This document shows, piece after piece, positions 10,344 through 20,739 of a stretch of 41,266 nt of DNA. Source of the stretch: a virus (Duplodnaviria; Caudoviricetes); IMG/VR virus record IMGVR_UViG_3300020388_000028, positions 1-41,266 of that record, one strand, 5' to 3'. The number at the start of each line of letters is the position of its first letter. Position 1 is the first letter of the stretch. Both the position numbers and the translations under genes were made by a program. The notes under the pieces were generated by a model. The model saw nothing but the letters and a program-made list of their open reading frames with translations, had not been told where the DNA came from and ran no database searches.

Positions 10344-10964
10344 TTATTGCAACTCCGGATTAGCGAATTTTGATGTGGTTGTTGTAGTGCCGGCAGTGGA
10401 TGATGCGGGGGCTTCTCGACCCCAGTATATTTTTCTCGAGGCCTTGGCGGCGTGGTCAAACCCAGTATCACCGGAATAAATCCGCTGCTGAGATTTAGTG
10501 TTTGTTCTAATTCCAGCCTGCTTTTCAAAGTCAGACCAAACGCTAGAAACGGTTAGGCTGATAGTCTTTTTTTCAGGATCCATGCTTCTACTATCAAGCA
10601 GGCCTTCAAAGGCGTTTTTAGTCAGAATTAAGCCTTCATTATCATAATGCTGTTCGAACACTGTTACGGGGCCATTCATCCAACCTTCATTCAAAAGAAG
10701 GGCTACAAAGCTTGGCTCATTGGCATCTAACTCAATAGTAAGATCGTTAGTTTTGGGTTCTGAAGTTGTTTCTATATCATCAATACTTTCGTCAGAAATA
10801 TACCCTGGACTATATGTAGCCCCAGCGTAAGAAATTGGAGCATCAGCATCAGTAATATAAACCCACTCACTGTTTACCCTTATCTTTACAAGGTAAATAG
10901 CCCCGCGTCCTTCTACTGAATTATTCTTTAGCCGCTGTAAAGTATCTTCATCTAATTCGATCAT
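10344..10964 (-). CDS. Minor tail / baseplate hub-like protein
   Basis: Position between Dit and J; YITDAD..ISY.G.TY and GDTGFD...WG motifs. Confidence 0.7.
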   Translation of the reverse strand: MIELDEDTLQRLKNNSVEGRGAIYLVKIRVNSEWVYITDADAPISYAGATYSPGYISDESIDDIETTSEPKTNDLTIELDANEPSFVALLLNEGWMNGPVTVFEQHYDNEGLILTKNAFEGLLDSRSMDPEKKTISLTVSSVWSDFEKQAGIRTNTKSQQRIYSGDTGFDHAAKASRKIYWGREAPASSTAGTTTTTSKFANPELQ

Positions 10965-11548
10965 ATCTGTTCAATTAGCTCTACATCATGGACAACAAAC
11001 TTATTGTTTTGCACTGACACTTCGCCGCTGTCCCTATCTTCCATACAAACCTGAAAAACAACATCTGCGCCATAATCGATAACTGCCGGGGCTGAATAAG
11101 CTTGAATGAGGGGTTGAGTTAATTTAATGACGCACTGGCCTGAAGCATTTGCGGTGGCATCACTAAGAATTCGGTAGCTTTTTTGGCTTCCGGTTATCTT
11201 TAGGAAGTCACCCGCTACGGCCGCATCAACTTCGTTCGATGGGAATCCACCAACGGTAATTTGTGAATCACCTTTTGACGCAGTAACGTACAAAAAAAGA
11301 CCTGTTCGTGACTTGATTTGAGGCAGTGGATTTTGCAAGGGGAAATTTACTAAATTACCGTGATAAGAATCAAGGGTTGCATCAACGGCCATCGCTTCTC
11401 TATATTCAAGTGGCGGGCTCGTTAATGTGAATCGGTAATAAGGCGTAAGAGTACCCGCTGATTTATACCGATATAAACGGGCCGCCGGGGCGCGACTATC
11501 AACAACTAATTCGGCTTTAACGGCTGAGAATTTATCTATTGGAAACAT
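10961..11548 (-). CDS. Distal tail protein (Dit-like)
   Basis: Immediately downstream of the tape measure gene; AGDFLKI...YRI motif. Confidence 0.65.
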   Translation of the reverse strand: MFPIDKFSAVKAELVVDSRAPAARLYRYKSAGTLTPYYRFTLTSPPLEYREAMAVDATLDSYHGNLVNFPLQNPLPQIKSRTGLFLYVTASKGDSQITVGGFPSNEVDAAVAGDFLKITGSQKSYRILSDATANASGQCVIKLTQPLIQAYSAPAVIDYGADVVFQVCMEDRDSGEVSVQNNKFVVHDVELIEQI

Positions 11549-11549
11549 T

Positions 11550-13394
11550 TTAAACAGGCCTTGCCAGTAGCTGAGAAAGAACGCGCTTTGCTCTTCGAGG
11601 TTGGCGCTCTAGCGCATCGATTGAATCACCTGCCGAGCCATTAAATGTATTATTGAAAGCAACATTAAATTGATTAGAGCTACTTGGCCGGTTGTCCGAT
11701 GGCGTGTAAGCGCCAGTTGAAGGCTGCTGTCTATTCATATCAATGATCATTTCGTTTGGGTGGACAGTAACAGGTATTCCACCTCGACCATCTGTACCAC
11801 CTACCCGAGCGCCCCTACCAGTGTAGCCACCGCCTTCGAATGAGCCCGCACTTCTAACGCCAGCAACGGCCGCTAAACCTTGAGCCGTTGCAAAAGCGAC
11901 TGCAGGTATATTTGCGGGGAATGGTGCGGATGCTACTGCTTCCGAAATCGCTTTAAATTGGTTGCCCACCACTTCTTTCAGCTTTATCGCCTGCTTGATT
12001 GCCGCTAACTTTTTACTCTGGCCTATTTCCAAATCAGCAACACGCTGCAAATAAGTTCTTTTTTCGGTAAGTTCTTCTTGAGGCGTTTTTTCTTCTTCGG
12101 TGGTTTCTGTTTCACCGGAAGAGGTGGCCACCTCTTGACGATATACACGGCTCACCGTTTTGGCTGATTCAACAGCGCGTTCTTCTGCGCTTGCAAATAC
12201 CTCGTTGATTTTTTCCTTCATCGCTTCTGATGGAATGGTTTCCATCATCAGATTATGGAGTTCATCTTTAGATGAATTAAAGCTTTCGGCCATTACACCA
12301 GCTAAATTTTCTAGGGTTTCAAAACTCTGAGCATTGCCTAACTGGTTTATTTCATCGAGCATGCCTTGAGCAACAGACGAAAACTGAGCGCCGAACGCTA
12401 AAACCTCACGGATTGGAGCAAGAACAAAATTTGAAACTTTATTGGCGAACGGTACAAGAACATCGTTAACGACCATGGTCATCACTTGAGACCAAACGAA
12501 ACCGAAACCTTTAATTGCAACTTCGGCGGCCTTCAGAATAACTTCTATACCATGTATCCCATCAACAAATACGCCAATAAAACTACTAGCGCTTTGCAAG
12601 CCCCTTCGTACCTTTTCACCAAAACCCTCACCTTCAGTGGCTGCAGCTACAAAACGATTAGAAACTTCTTCAAGTATTGGCGCCAACTCAACAGTAGCTT
12701 GCATTGATACACCTTTCATCGCCTGCTTAGCACGAAGGATTGCATCATTGGCTGCTTCAATTTTCGCGGCATCTACTCGATTTAACGCAAGGCCATACTT
12801 ATCAACCTCTTCACGGGCGGATTCAAAGCCCTCCCTACCCGCTTTTATTGTGGTTAAAAGCTTAATTCCAGAGCGGCCAAATATATCTGATGCCAATGAG
12901 GCTTGAAGTGTTTCATTCTCCAAGCTGCTGATAGCATCCGCAATAATGAGAAACTGCTCATCTGCATTCTTGCCCGCAAACTGATCAACAGAAATTCCCA
13001 AATCTTCGAAGGCGACTTTCCCCGTGCCTATTCCTCTTTCGGCTTCACCAATGGAACGAACCATTTTCTCAATAGATTTGTCAAAGCCCTCTATTGACTC
13101 GCCGCTCAATTGTGCCAAATGCTGGAACGCAGAAAGGTTTTCGGTGCTAATGCCAAGCCTATCTGACATTTTCGCAATTGAATCACCAGCCTCCAAGCTT
13201 TTGGAAATCATCGCACCAAAGCCAGCCACACCAACTAAGGCTGCGATACGGCCTTGCATACCACCCATTGATTTAATGGCGCTATTAGCTCTAGTTCTAA
13301 AGGTGCCAAGGTTCGCCGTAGCCTTCTTTAGGCTCGCGTCAAACTTTTGAGATGCAAGCCGTAAATCTACGGTTAAGCGTCCAATATTAGCCAT
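11550..13394 (-). CDS. Tape measure protein
   Basis: MANIGRLTVDL N-terminus, Ala-rich helical body, C-terminal FEGGGYTG...VHPNE motif. Confidence 0.9.
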   Translation of the reverse strand: MANIGRLTVDLRLASQKFDASLKKATANLGTFRTRANSAIKSMGGMQGRIAALVGVAGFGAMISKSLEAGDSIAKMSDRLGISTENLSAFQHLAQLSGESIEGFDKSIEKMVRSIGEAERGIGTGKVAFEDLGISVDQFAGKNADEQFLIIADAISSLENETLQASLASDIFGRSGIKLLTTIKAGREGFESAREEVDKYGLALNRVDAAKIEAANDAILRAKQAMKGVSMQATVELAPILEEVSNRFVAAATEGEGFGEKVRRGLQSASSFIGVFVDGIHGIEVILKAAEVAIKGFGFVWSQVMTMVVNDVLVPFANKVSNFVLAPIREVLAFGAQFSSVAQGMLDEINQLGNAQSFETLENLAGVMAESFNSSKDELHNLMMETIPSEAMKEKINEVFASAEERAVESAKTVSRVYRQEVATSSGETETTEEEKTPQEELTEKRTYLQRVADLEIGQSKKLAAIKQAIKLKEVVGNQFKAISEAVASAPFPANIPAVAFATAQGLAAVAGVRSAGSFEGGGYTGRGARVGGTDGRGGIPVTVHPNEMIIDMNRQQPSTGAYTPSDNRPSSSNQFNVAFNNTFNGSAGDSIDALERQPRRAKRVLSQLLARPV

Positions 13395-13892
13395 TTTTAC
13401 CCATTAGAAGTGAAAGTATTGCGTTAGACTTACCTTCGGCAGTTTCGGTTTTAACCCGGTTTCGCCAATGGTCTTGATGGAAAAATATTTGCCACTTAAG
13501 CATTTCTTGTGGACCAACCGAAGCTTCCAACTCAGAAATGGTTTTACCCAACCTTTCAGCGAGATAAAAAGTGAATAACTCGCTGGGTTGGGCTAGGAGT
13601 TTTTTGCTACTTCTAGCGCCTGTTCATCATTGGGTGAATTCAATTCTTCAAAGGCAGAGGCAAGCTTTTCAATAAACGATTGAGGGCAATCATCGGTGAA
13701 ATTATCTAGGGTGTATTCACTAGTAATTACTTTATCGCCAGCTGCGTTATATAAACCACACTCCACCGCATACAGCATTGTCTCAAACGCATCACCTTCT
13801 GGGGCACGCCTCAACTGGGAAATGCTCAACTCGCGGAGCTTGCATTCGGGATATTTAAAGCCAGGGAATGAAACTTCAATTTCTTTAAACAT
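13387..13892 (-). CDS. Tail assembly chaperone GT (about 168 aa) made by a -1 frameshift
   Basis: Slippery heptamer A AAA AAC at 13605-13599; the -1 frame is open for 70 codons (LLAQPSELFTFYLAERLGKTISELEASVGPQEMLKWQIFF...) to TAA at 13387, overlapping the tape measure start. Confidence 0.85.
13593..13892 (-). CDS. Tail assembly chaperone G
   Basis: 99 aa between the tube and tape measure genes, ending ...AKNS at the slippery site. Confidence 0.85.
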   Translation of the reverse strand: MFKEIEVSFPGFKYPECKLRELSISQLRRAPEGDAFETMLYAVECGLYNAAGDKVITSEYTLDNFTDDCPQSFIEKLASAFEELNSPNDEQALEVAKNS

Positions 13893-14309
13893 TTACGCGT
13901 ACTCCAAAGCGCCGGAGATCTTAATGGACATTGTTCCGGATAAAGCCGAATCAACTGCACCATTCAAACTTGTGGCATTTTTTATCAGCGCTGAAAACGC
14001 AACGGTCTTAGAGTTGGGAAGGGTAAGTAGTAGCTTTTTGGTTTCACCAGTTATGGCGGCTTCTCGACAGATAACCTGACCTTCATCTTCAAGATCCACA
14101 TGCCATTCGACATTGAACCCGCCGTTGTCAACTAATCCCAACTTAAACTCTTTAGCCGCCGAACTAAGATTGGATACGTCAATTTCACCGGCCTCACCGT
14201 CAAAGCCTGAATAGGAAATTAAATTTCCAATTAAAGTGTCTGGTGTGCCCGGAGTGGCATCATCTATTTTTAGGGTTGAACCTTGCGCGCTAATTGCTGT
14301 ACTAGCCAT
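13893..14309 (-). CDS. Major tail tube protein
   Basis: EIDVSNLSSAAKEFKLGLVDNG motif; GAGG RBS; position. Confidence 0.9.
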   Translation of the reverse strand: MASTAISAQGSTLKIDDATPGTPDTLIGNLISYSGFDGEAGEIDVSNLSSAAKEFKLGLVDNGGFNVEWHVDLEDEGQVICREAAITGETKKLLLTLPNSKTVAFSALIKNATSLNGAVDSALSGTMSIKISGALEYA

Positions 14310-14329
14310 TTTATTTCCTCGGGTTAACG

Positions 14330-14358
14330 AAAAAACCCAGCGCTTTGGCTGGGCTTTT
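14330..14358 (-). terminator. Intrinsic terminator-like hairpin upstream of the tail tube gene
   Basis: Minus strand GCCCAGC-caaagc-GCTGGGT followed by a T run. Confidence 0.6.
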
Positions 14359-14372
14359 AATTTAAAAGTTGT

Positions 14373-14735
14373 TTAATAAGTTACGCGATAATTTAGGGCG
14401 AACTGGTGGGTTTTTAAATCAGTATCATAACTATGCTCTGAGTCTATAAATCGCGCATAAAACTCTGAATGTTGACCAGTGAAATTATTGATTACGGCTA
14501 TTTTAATTCGTTCAGCTACGCTAAAGGTTTTCGCCGTTACAAAAATAACCCAGTCTTGACGGGTGATATTGGCAATGCCTGACATATCACTAATAGGATC
14601 GTCACCTTCAAACTGATATGAAACGAACGGGGTTTTCATACCCTGATCAACTGGGGCCAACTCTATCCTTTCACCAACCTCGGATGTGAGGGCGGGCAAC
14701 CCGGTTAATACCGTATTAATTCTCTCTGAACTCAT
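14373..14735 (-). CDS. Tail completion/terminator protein
   Basis: Position; TPFVSYQ motif; 120 aa. Confidence 0.75.
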   Translation of the reverse strand: MSSERINTVLTGLPALTSEVGERIELAPVDQGMKTPFVSYQFEGDDPISDMSGIANITRQDWVIFVTAKTFSVAERIKIAVINNFTGQHSEFYARFIDSEHSYDTDLKTHQFALNYRVTY

Positions 14736-15181
14736 AACTTAGCCATCAGTTGAAACATTACCTTCCCGCCTTCTTCTACAGCACGCTTGCGGCTTTTTTG
14801 AAACGACTTAGAAATGAACTTGCTCCCCTTAGTGCCAGGGTGATTTATGTTTTGAACAACTCGCCCATTAAGGACAACCTTGGCACCTTTTTTCTTGGGT
14901 ATCTTGTGGGGCTTAGTTCCGTTCTCTAAAAATGCGGCATAGTAAGCCTTATTGAAAGCGCCCACTTGAGCAGTAAAACCACCTTGCCTATCTCTGCTTA
15001 CCTTATACCGAAGTTCTTTATTCAGCTGGCCGGTGCGGCGAGGGGCGTTACGCCTCATTTCTTTTCTGACTACTTGAGCCATCTTAGACACGCCACGGCG
15101 AACAACTTTATTGGCGCTCTTACTGTCTAAATTCTTAAGCGTTTTAGCTATTTTCTCGTACCCCTTAATAGAACTACTCAT
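14732..15181 (-). CDS. HK97 gp10-family tail component
   Basis: APRRTGQL, YAAFLENGT and HPG...FI motifs. Confidence 0.9.
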   Translation of the reverse strand: MSSSIKGYEKIAKTLKNLDSKSANKVVRRGVSKMAQVVRKEMRRNAPRRTGQLNKELRYKVSRDRQGGFTAQVGAFNKAYYAAFLENGTKPHKIPKKKGAKVVLNGRVVQNINHPGTKGSKFISKSFQKSRKRAVEEGGKVMFQLMAKL

Positions 15182-15503
15182 AGTTGCTCAAGGAATAGGT
15201 TAGCTGCTTACGGGAAAATACATCGCCGAGCTGGCTTATAGTGTATTTTTTATCGTTTATAATGACTCGATACCCCGTTTTTATGGCGTCTCTTAGAACG
15301 CTGGAATAGCGAGTTCGAAGCTCTAAGTTAGACACTTCATAATCGGCACCACTCTCAGTGGTGGATTCACTATCACTTGCTCGTATATCCACCATTCGAG
15401 TGGCGATAGTTTGCCATGTCTCTACCGATTCGCCTGATGCATCTTTTGTTTTAACTGGTTTTTGAAACTCAGCTTTATTAGTAAGGTATCGGGTTTTAAT
15501 CAT
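15174..15503 (-). CDS. Head closure / head-tail adaptor
   Basis: KDASGE..ETW motif; position. Confidence 0.8.
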   Translation of the reverse strand: MIKTRYLTNKAEFQKPVKTKDASGESVETWQTIATRMVDIRASDSESTTESGADYEVSNLELRTRYSSVLRDAIKTGYRVIINDKKYTISQLGDVFSRKQLTYSLSNYE

Positions 15504-15814
15504 GAGAAAGAGCTTAAGCGTAAGTGGCCTACGAATGCATCGAGCATGTTATTTACCATTGACGCATCGACAGATCCCTTTGCATCAAAGTAATAACCGG
15601 CGATTTCTAAAATTGCTCGGCTGATGCTGTCATTTAATAAAATATCAGTATCAGAGGGTGAGTCCGGCAAAGAAACAAACACATCACGGTTTAAGTAAGC
15701 CTTCACCTTTTCCTGTGCTGCAGCCAAATGGCGGGGAAGCTCACTATCAAATTCATAATCGTCGCTTGTTATATTTAAGTGATCTTTGAGGTCTGACAGT
15801 GTAGGAAATAGCAT
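15500..15814 (-). CDS. Head-tail connector (gp6-like)
   Basis: TLSDLKDHLNI...AAAQEKVKAYLNR motif. Confidence 0.88.
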   Translation of the reverse strand: MLFPTLSDLKDHLNITSDDYEFDSELPRHLAAAQEKVKAYLNRDVFVSLPDSPSDTDILLNDSISRAILEIAGYYFDAKGSVDASMVNNMLDAFVGHLRLSSFS

Positions 15815-16005
15815 TATTTTGCCTTGTTAGATGGCGGCTGAGTCGCCTTGTTGGCGGGTTTTTGCGCCTTTTTAGCGCCTGTCTCTTCGCCAAATCCATT
15901 GTTTTTAGCATAACCCAAGGCGATTTCGGGTATTTCATCACCTTCGTTAATGGTGGTAACATCGTTGCCAGTTAGGCTGTATTTAAATGATTTAAGTGCT
16001 TTCAT
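15814..16005 (-). CDS. Small hypothetical protein after the capsid gene
   Basis: 63-aa ORF, TAATG-coupled to the connector gene; typical position in HK97-like phages. Confidence 0.7.
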   Translation of the reverse strand: MKALKSFKYSLTGNDVTTINEGDEIPEIALGYAKNNGFGEETGAKKAQKPANKATQPPSNKAK

Positions 16006-16010
16006 AAATA

Positions 16011-16036
16011 AAAAGGGCGGATTTCTCCGCCCTTCC
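16011..16036 (-). terminator. Terminator/stability hairpin after the major capsid gene
   Basis: AAGGGCGGA/TCCGCCCTT stem followed by a T-rich tract on the minus strand. Confidence 0.75.
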
Positions 16037-16059
16037 TCGTTAATAGCTAATAAGCGGGT

Positions 16060-17247
16060 CTATGACGCCGCCATGCTCAATACTTTGATAGCGTTGCTAT
16101 CGGTTAGCATTCCGCCGGTGCGGCGAGTAGTATAGAAATGCACGAATGGCTTATTGGTGTATGGGTCACGCAAGATGCGAGTACCAATACGATCAACAAT
16201 TGTGTAACCGCGGTTAAAATCACCAAACAGAATTGAGTTGGCGTTCGCGGCCATATCGGCCAAATCTTCGTTTTCAACAATTGAGTAACCGAGAAGTGAA
16301 GATGAAGCGCCAGCTTCTAAACCAGGGCGCCACAAATAGTTGCCATCGTTATCTTTAATCTTACGAACTTCAGCTACGCTCATGTTGTTCATCATAAAGC
16401 TTGCGTTGCGGCGGTAACCAGCCTTCGCAGAGTGGATAAGATCAATCAGGTTGTCACCTGTAACTGAAGTAGTCCCAGATGCTACAACTTTTTGCAACTG
16501 ACCAAAAGTTCGAGATTTATCAGCGGCGGTGGAAAGCGTATAAGCCAACATTCCTTTTGGCTTATTGGTGCCATTACCTGACAAAAACGCCACGGCTTCT
16601 TGATCTGCAAATTCTTTTGCTACTTCACCTTGTATCCAAGCTTCAGCATTAAAGAAAATATCATCTAACGATGTTTGGGTTGCCGCTGGGTTAGCGTAAA
16701 TCTCACCCATAAACGCAGTGATTTGCGCCAAAGAAGGGCCCGTGGTTTCTGGACGCTCTGCTTCTTCTCCAACCCAACCAGAACCAGCTCCGCCTTTATT
16801 AACCAACTTTTTGTAATCTGCCGTCGAAATTGTGATCTGATGACAAACTTGGCGCATAGGCGACATGTCACGCTCTAACTCAAGGATAGAGCGATCCAGT
16901 TCTTCAGGAACAGCAAAGCCACCATCAGCATCAGAACCGGTATTTACTGCTTTCGTTTCAATTGACGAAGAATCACCTTTTCGCATGAATTTAAGAAAGC
17001 CTTCCTTATATTCCGCCGCCGCTGAATCGCTAATGCCTGGACGGTTGCGCTGCTTCTGTTCAAGCTCCATTTGCTTTTTATATGCTTCAAATTCCGTGAC
17101 CTGCTCATTGAGCTTGTCAACGGTGCTTTCTAATGATGATTTTTCAGCGCTGATAGCATCTAAACGCTTGTCATTGGCGGCTTTAAACTCATCAAATTTG
17201 GCCTGAATTCCTTCGGCAACTTCTTTAAATTCTACATTAGTAGTCAT
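16060..17247 (-). CDS. Major capsid protein, HK97 fold
   Basis: Coiled-coil delta domain; DGGFAVPEE, WVGE and IKDNDGNYLW motifs. Confidence 0.97.
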   Translation of the reverse strand: MTTNVEFKEVAEGIQAKFDEFKAANDKRLDAISAEKSSLESTVDKLNEQVTEFEAYKKQMELEQKQRNRPGISDSAAAEYKEGFLKFMRKGDSSSIETKAVNTGSDADGGFAVPEELDRSILELERDMSPMRQVCHQITISTADYKKLVNKGGAGSGWVGEEAERPETTGPSLAQITAFMGEIYANPAATQTSLDDIFFNAEAWIQGEVAKEFADQEAVAFLSGNGTNKPKGMLAYTLSTAADKSRTFGQLQKVVASGTTSVTGDNLIDLIHSAKAGYRRNASFMMNNMSVAEVRKIKDNDGNYLWRPGLEAGASSSLLGYSIVENEDLADMAANANSILFGDFNRGYTIVDRIGTRILRDPYTNKPFVHFYTTRRTGGMLTDSNAIKVLSMAAS

Positions 17248-17257
17248 GTTTATACCT

Positions 17258-17905
17258 TTAAATAGTAATGGATTTAAGCGCTGCTAGTGCAGCAATACGG
17301 TCTGAATCTGCGTCTCGCAGAGCCTTAAAACCATCAGCCATAAAGGCTTTGGACTGTGATCGTGAAAAACCTACGTCTCGCAGGCATTTCTCAACTAAGG
17401 CAGGTTGAGGAATTTCACCCCCGTTAAGGGCTTTTTTCACATCAGATATTCTAGCTTCTTCATTTGCGGGGAAGGTGACCAACGAAACCTCCCACAAATC
17501 TAAATCTTTTAAAATGAAAGCATCCTTTTCGTTATCGTAATCATATTCATTAAGACTATAACCAATCGATAACCCGGTTATAGAACCGGCTTTTAAATGG
17601 GCGTGGGCACGCTTGGCCAAAGGATCATCATCAATAAGGAGGCGACCTTTTACCATTAGCCCATTTTCATCTTCTTTCATTTCCGTATATATACCAATTG
17701 GCTCATCCATACGGTGCTGCCATAAAAGTGACGGCAATGAATTTTTCTCAGCCCAACGGTCAAGGGACTTTTTAAAAGCCCCTTTTACAACAATGTCACT
17801 GTATGAGTCTTTGACGCCGAACACGGAGCCATAACCTTCAAACTCGCCAGTATCAGAAACTGACTTAATCTTAAGGCCAGCGTGAAACTTATTTTTTGTT
17901 TGCAT
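17258..17905 (-). CDS. HK97-family prohead protease
   Basis: FEGYGSVF, LWQH, GLSIGY and EVSLVTFPAN motifs. Confidence 0.97.
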   Translation of the reverse strand: MQTKNKFHAGLKIKSVSDTGEFEGYGSVFGVKDSYSDIVVKGAFKKSLDRWAEKNSLPSLLWQHRMDEPIGIYTEMKEDENGLMVKGRLLIDDDPLAKRAHAHLKAGSITGLSIGYSLNEYDYDNEKDAFILKDLDLWEVSLVTFPANEEARISDVKKALNGGEIPQPALVEKCLRDVGFSRSQSKAFMADGFKALRDADSDRIAALAALKSITI

Positions 17906-19103
17906 CTGCGCTTTCCTCTATTGGCTTACCATTTACAGCCATATTAAGCGGGGTTAGATAAACATCGCCGCCTTCACGCGGGTTCATATCTTCTTTTTGT
18001 CTAATTTCGTTTGGTGATAAAGCACCGTTTTGCACCATTTTTGTATAAAAATCAGCGCGGGCGGCCATATCACCTCGAAGCAAAGCATTAACATTGAATT
18101 TTACATACCGGTTTAACTGCTCATTTTCAGTTAAAAGAGTGAATAAAATCCGGTTTTCTATACGGGTTAGGTATGGCATTAATGTGTGGGTTACGAATTC
18201 CAGCCCCTGATGCTCTATGTTAGAGAAGGTGGCGTTCTCTAAGTCCCCAATCATATGGGGCGGGACGCGGTAAATTCCGCATATCTCATTTCGTTGAAAC
18301 TTGCGGGTTTCTAAATACTGAGCATCTTCAGGAGTAATCGATACTTGCACCCACTCCAAACCGCCTTCAAGTATCAATGGTCTAAAACCATTATCGGCGC
18401 CTTGATGATTTTCAAGGCGGCTTACTAAACGATCATACTGTTCATCTTTTAAGTTTTGGTTGGTTTTAAGCCCGCCGAATGGCTTAGCGCCGTTTTTAAA
18501 TATTGATGAACCATGCTTTTCGGTAGCCTTAGCAAGCCCCAATGAATTTACATTTTGTGTAATCGGACTAACGCCAACCAATCCGTCAGTAGAAAATGTT
18601 TTTATATGAAGAATTTCACTCGCTTCAGCTGGCTTTGTTTCGCCATTTTTAAAGGTTATTCTGTATTGAACGGTATAGTCATCGTTAAGGGATAACGAAA
18701 CCGAGCCGGGGGCCAAGGGCAATAACTCTACAACTTTACCCGACACTCTGTTTATATAGCTGTAGTGGTTACCTCGCAAACAAAGGTGCGCAATGACCAT
18801 TTCTTTCCACTCTTGAGCGGTTTGATAATCATTTGGACCTACTTTTAAAAGCCTGTGTAGCGGATGCTTTAAGTCTTTACTTTTTAAATTTTCCGACTCC
18901 ATGAAAATAGAAAGAGGTAACATTCCAATGGATTCTGCCAACACTTTTATGCATTGATAGACTGTGGTTATTTGGAGTGAATTAGAAGGGGTTATTTGAA
19001 CCCCGCTGTCGGCGTCATACCAAGAACCAAGCAGATTTGCGAGATCCTTTGAAGTCACCGCGTTATCATTCTTAGTGCCAAATAGTCTATCTATGATGCC
19101 CAT
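17889..19103 (-). CDS. Portal protein (HK97 family)
   Basis: HLCLRGNHY, YRVPPHMIG, FSNIE and PNEIR motifs. Confidence 0.97.
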   Translation of the reverse strand: MGIIDRLFGTKNDNAVTSKDLANLLGSWYDADSGVQITPSNSLQITTVYQCIKVLAESIGMLPLSIFMESENLKSKDLKHPLHRLLKVGPNDYQTAQEWKEMVIAHLCLRGNHYSYINRVSGKVVELLPLAPGSVSLSLNDDYTVQYRITFKNGETKPAEASEILHIKTFSTDGLVGVSPITQNVNSLGLAKATEKHGSSIFKNGAKPFGGLKTNQNLKDEQYDRLVSRLENHQGADNGFRPLILEGGLEWVQVSITPEDAQYLETRKFQRNEICGIYRVPPHMIGDLENATFSNIEHQGLEFVTHTLMPYLTRIENRILFTLLTENEQLNRYVKFNVNALLRGDMAARADFYTKMVQNGALSPNEIRQKEDMNPREGGDVYLTPLNMAVNGKPIEESADANKK

Positions 19104-19107
19104 TCTT

Positions 19108-20739
19108 TTATCTTATGTTTGGTTGTATTTCATCATCGCTGTTCGCAATAATTCGATTCACCGCCATGAACAAAGCAACCATCCCATCAATTTTATTATC
19201 TGGGTGCTCTTTGTTTGGGAAGTAGTTTTCATTTCTATCCAATTTCACAACGATGTTTGAAGCCATCCAATCCATCATTGGGTTTTTATCTTTTAGGATT
19301 TCACCGCTGATAACCTTCGCCTCTACCTCTTTCATAGATTCTGAAAGGTTCTTTACTGTTTGCGGTATCTCCACCATTGGGGCCCCTTCTTCAGAAAGCC
19401 TTATAGCCATCTGAGTAGAACCCCAAGGATCAAAGCCAATGGCCTTAACGTCAAAATCAGTAAGCATCTGACGAAGGTCATGCTCAATGTACTCATGATC
19501 AATAATGTCGCCATCAGTCAAAGTTAAGTAACCTTGCTTAGACCAGGTATCGTACATATTCCCGATAGTTCGGGACTTTGAAAATATTGTATTTTCAGGT
19601 AAATAAAATTTGCAGAGGAAATGTATTTTGTTGCCATCAGGGAACGCGGCAACAGCGGCGGCCACATCGAGCTTATTTGCTAAATCCAAACCAATATAAC
19701 AAGGTAAGTTTTTAAGGCGCTCTAAGCTGCCACGCTCATCCAGCTTTTCCCATTTAACCATGTCTAACCAAGCTGTTTCGGCGGTAACCCAAACATTAAG
19801 GTGCTTAGTTAAGAAGTTGTTCCGGGCGGCGGGCATTTCCTTGGCTTTCTTCGCCAAGCGCTGCATATCATCAAGCTTTTTACTTCTGCCCAAGTTGGGA
19901 TTAGCTTTAATCCAAACCTCTTGGTCAAAAGGATCATCATCCTCATCAATCGTAAAGATAATGCCAAAATAAGTATCATCATCAACCACGCCATCAAGCA
20001 CTTTTGTAACGTACTCACGTTGCTCATAGCCGATGCCTTGCTTGTTAAAACCAGCGGTTGTAATGGCGAGTATTAGGGGTTGTTCACGAGCACCTGTGGC
20101 CGTTTCAACAACATCCCAAACTTCTCGCGTCTTATGGGCGTGAACTTCGTCCATTATTCCGCAATGGATATTCAGGCCATCTAGGGTTTGGGCGTCTGAT
20201 GAAAGAGGCTCAAACTTTGAGGCGCTCTTAATATGATGAATATTTAACTTGTGAACACCGAATACTTTCTTTAGCGGTGTAGACTTGCGCACCATATTTT
20301 GCGCATCACCGAAAACTATTCTGGCTTGATCCCTAGTGGTCGCCGCGCTGTAAACTTCGGCGCCGCCCTCCTTATCAAAGGCGGTCATAAAAAGCGCTAT
20401 GCCTGAACAAAATGTTGACTTAGAGTTTTTGCGTGCAACTTCAACATAGGCGGTTCTAAACCTACGCTTTCCATTTTCATCAACAAAACCAAAAAGGTTT
20501 ATTAGTATGAAAGCTTCCCAATCAGATAACTCATAAGGCTGACCGGCTAACTTACCTTTAACATGCCTTATAAAATCAGGGAAAAAATCTAAAACTCGCT
20601 GAGCTCTTTCAGCATCAAACGTATATTTCTCTAAGTCTGACAGAAACCTTTTGCATGCCTGACGAACCCACTTACATGCAACAACCTTAGCGGCCAATAC
20701 ATCATCTGCGTATTGACACGCACTTTCCAACGTAGCCAT
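19108..20739 (-). CDS. Terminase large subunit
   Basis: VARKNSKS Walker A, DEVH Walker B, ITTAG, KIDGMVA. Confidence 0.97.
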   Translation of the reverse strand: MATLESACQYADDVLAAKVVACKWVRQACKRFLSDLEKYTFDAERAQRVLDFFPDFIRHVKGKLAGQPYELSDWEAFILINLFGFVDENGKRRFRTAYVEVARKNSKSTFCSGIALFMTAFDKEGGAEVYSAATTRDQARIVFGDAQNMVRKSTPLKKVFGVHKLNIHHIKSASKFEPLSSDAQTLDGLNIHCGIMDEVHAHKTREVWDVVETATGAREQPLILAITTAGFNKQGIGYEQREYVTKVLDGVVDDDTYFGIIFTIDEDDDPFDQEVWIKANPNLGRSKKLDDMQRLAKKAKEMPAARNNFLTKHLNVWVTAETAWLDMVKWEKLDERGSLERLKNLPCYIGLDLANKLDVAAAVAAFPDGNKIHFLCKFYLPENTIFSKSRTIGNMYDTWSKQGYLTLTDGDIIDHEYIEHDLRQMLTDFDVKAIGFDPWGSTQMAIRLSEEGAPMVEIPQTVKNLSESMKEVEAKVISGEILKDKNPMMDWMASNIVVKLDRNENYFPNKEHPDNKIDGMVALFMAVNRIIANSDDEIQPNIR

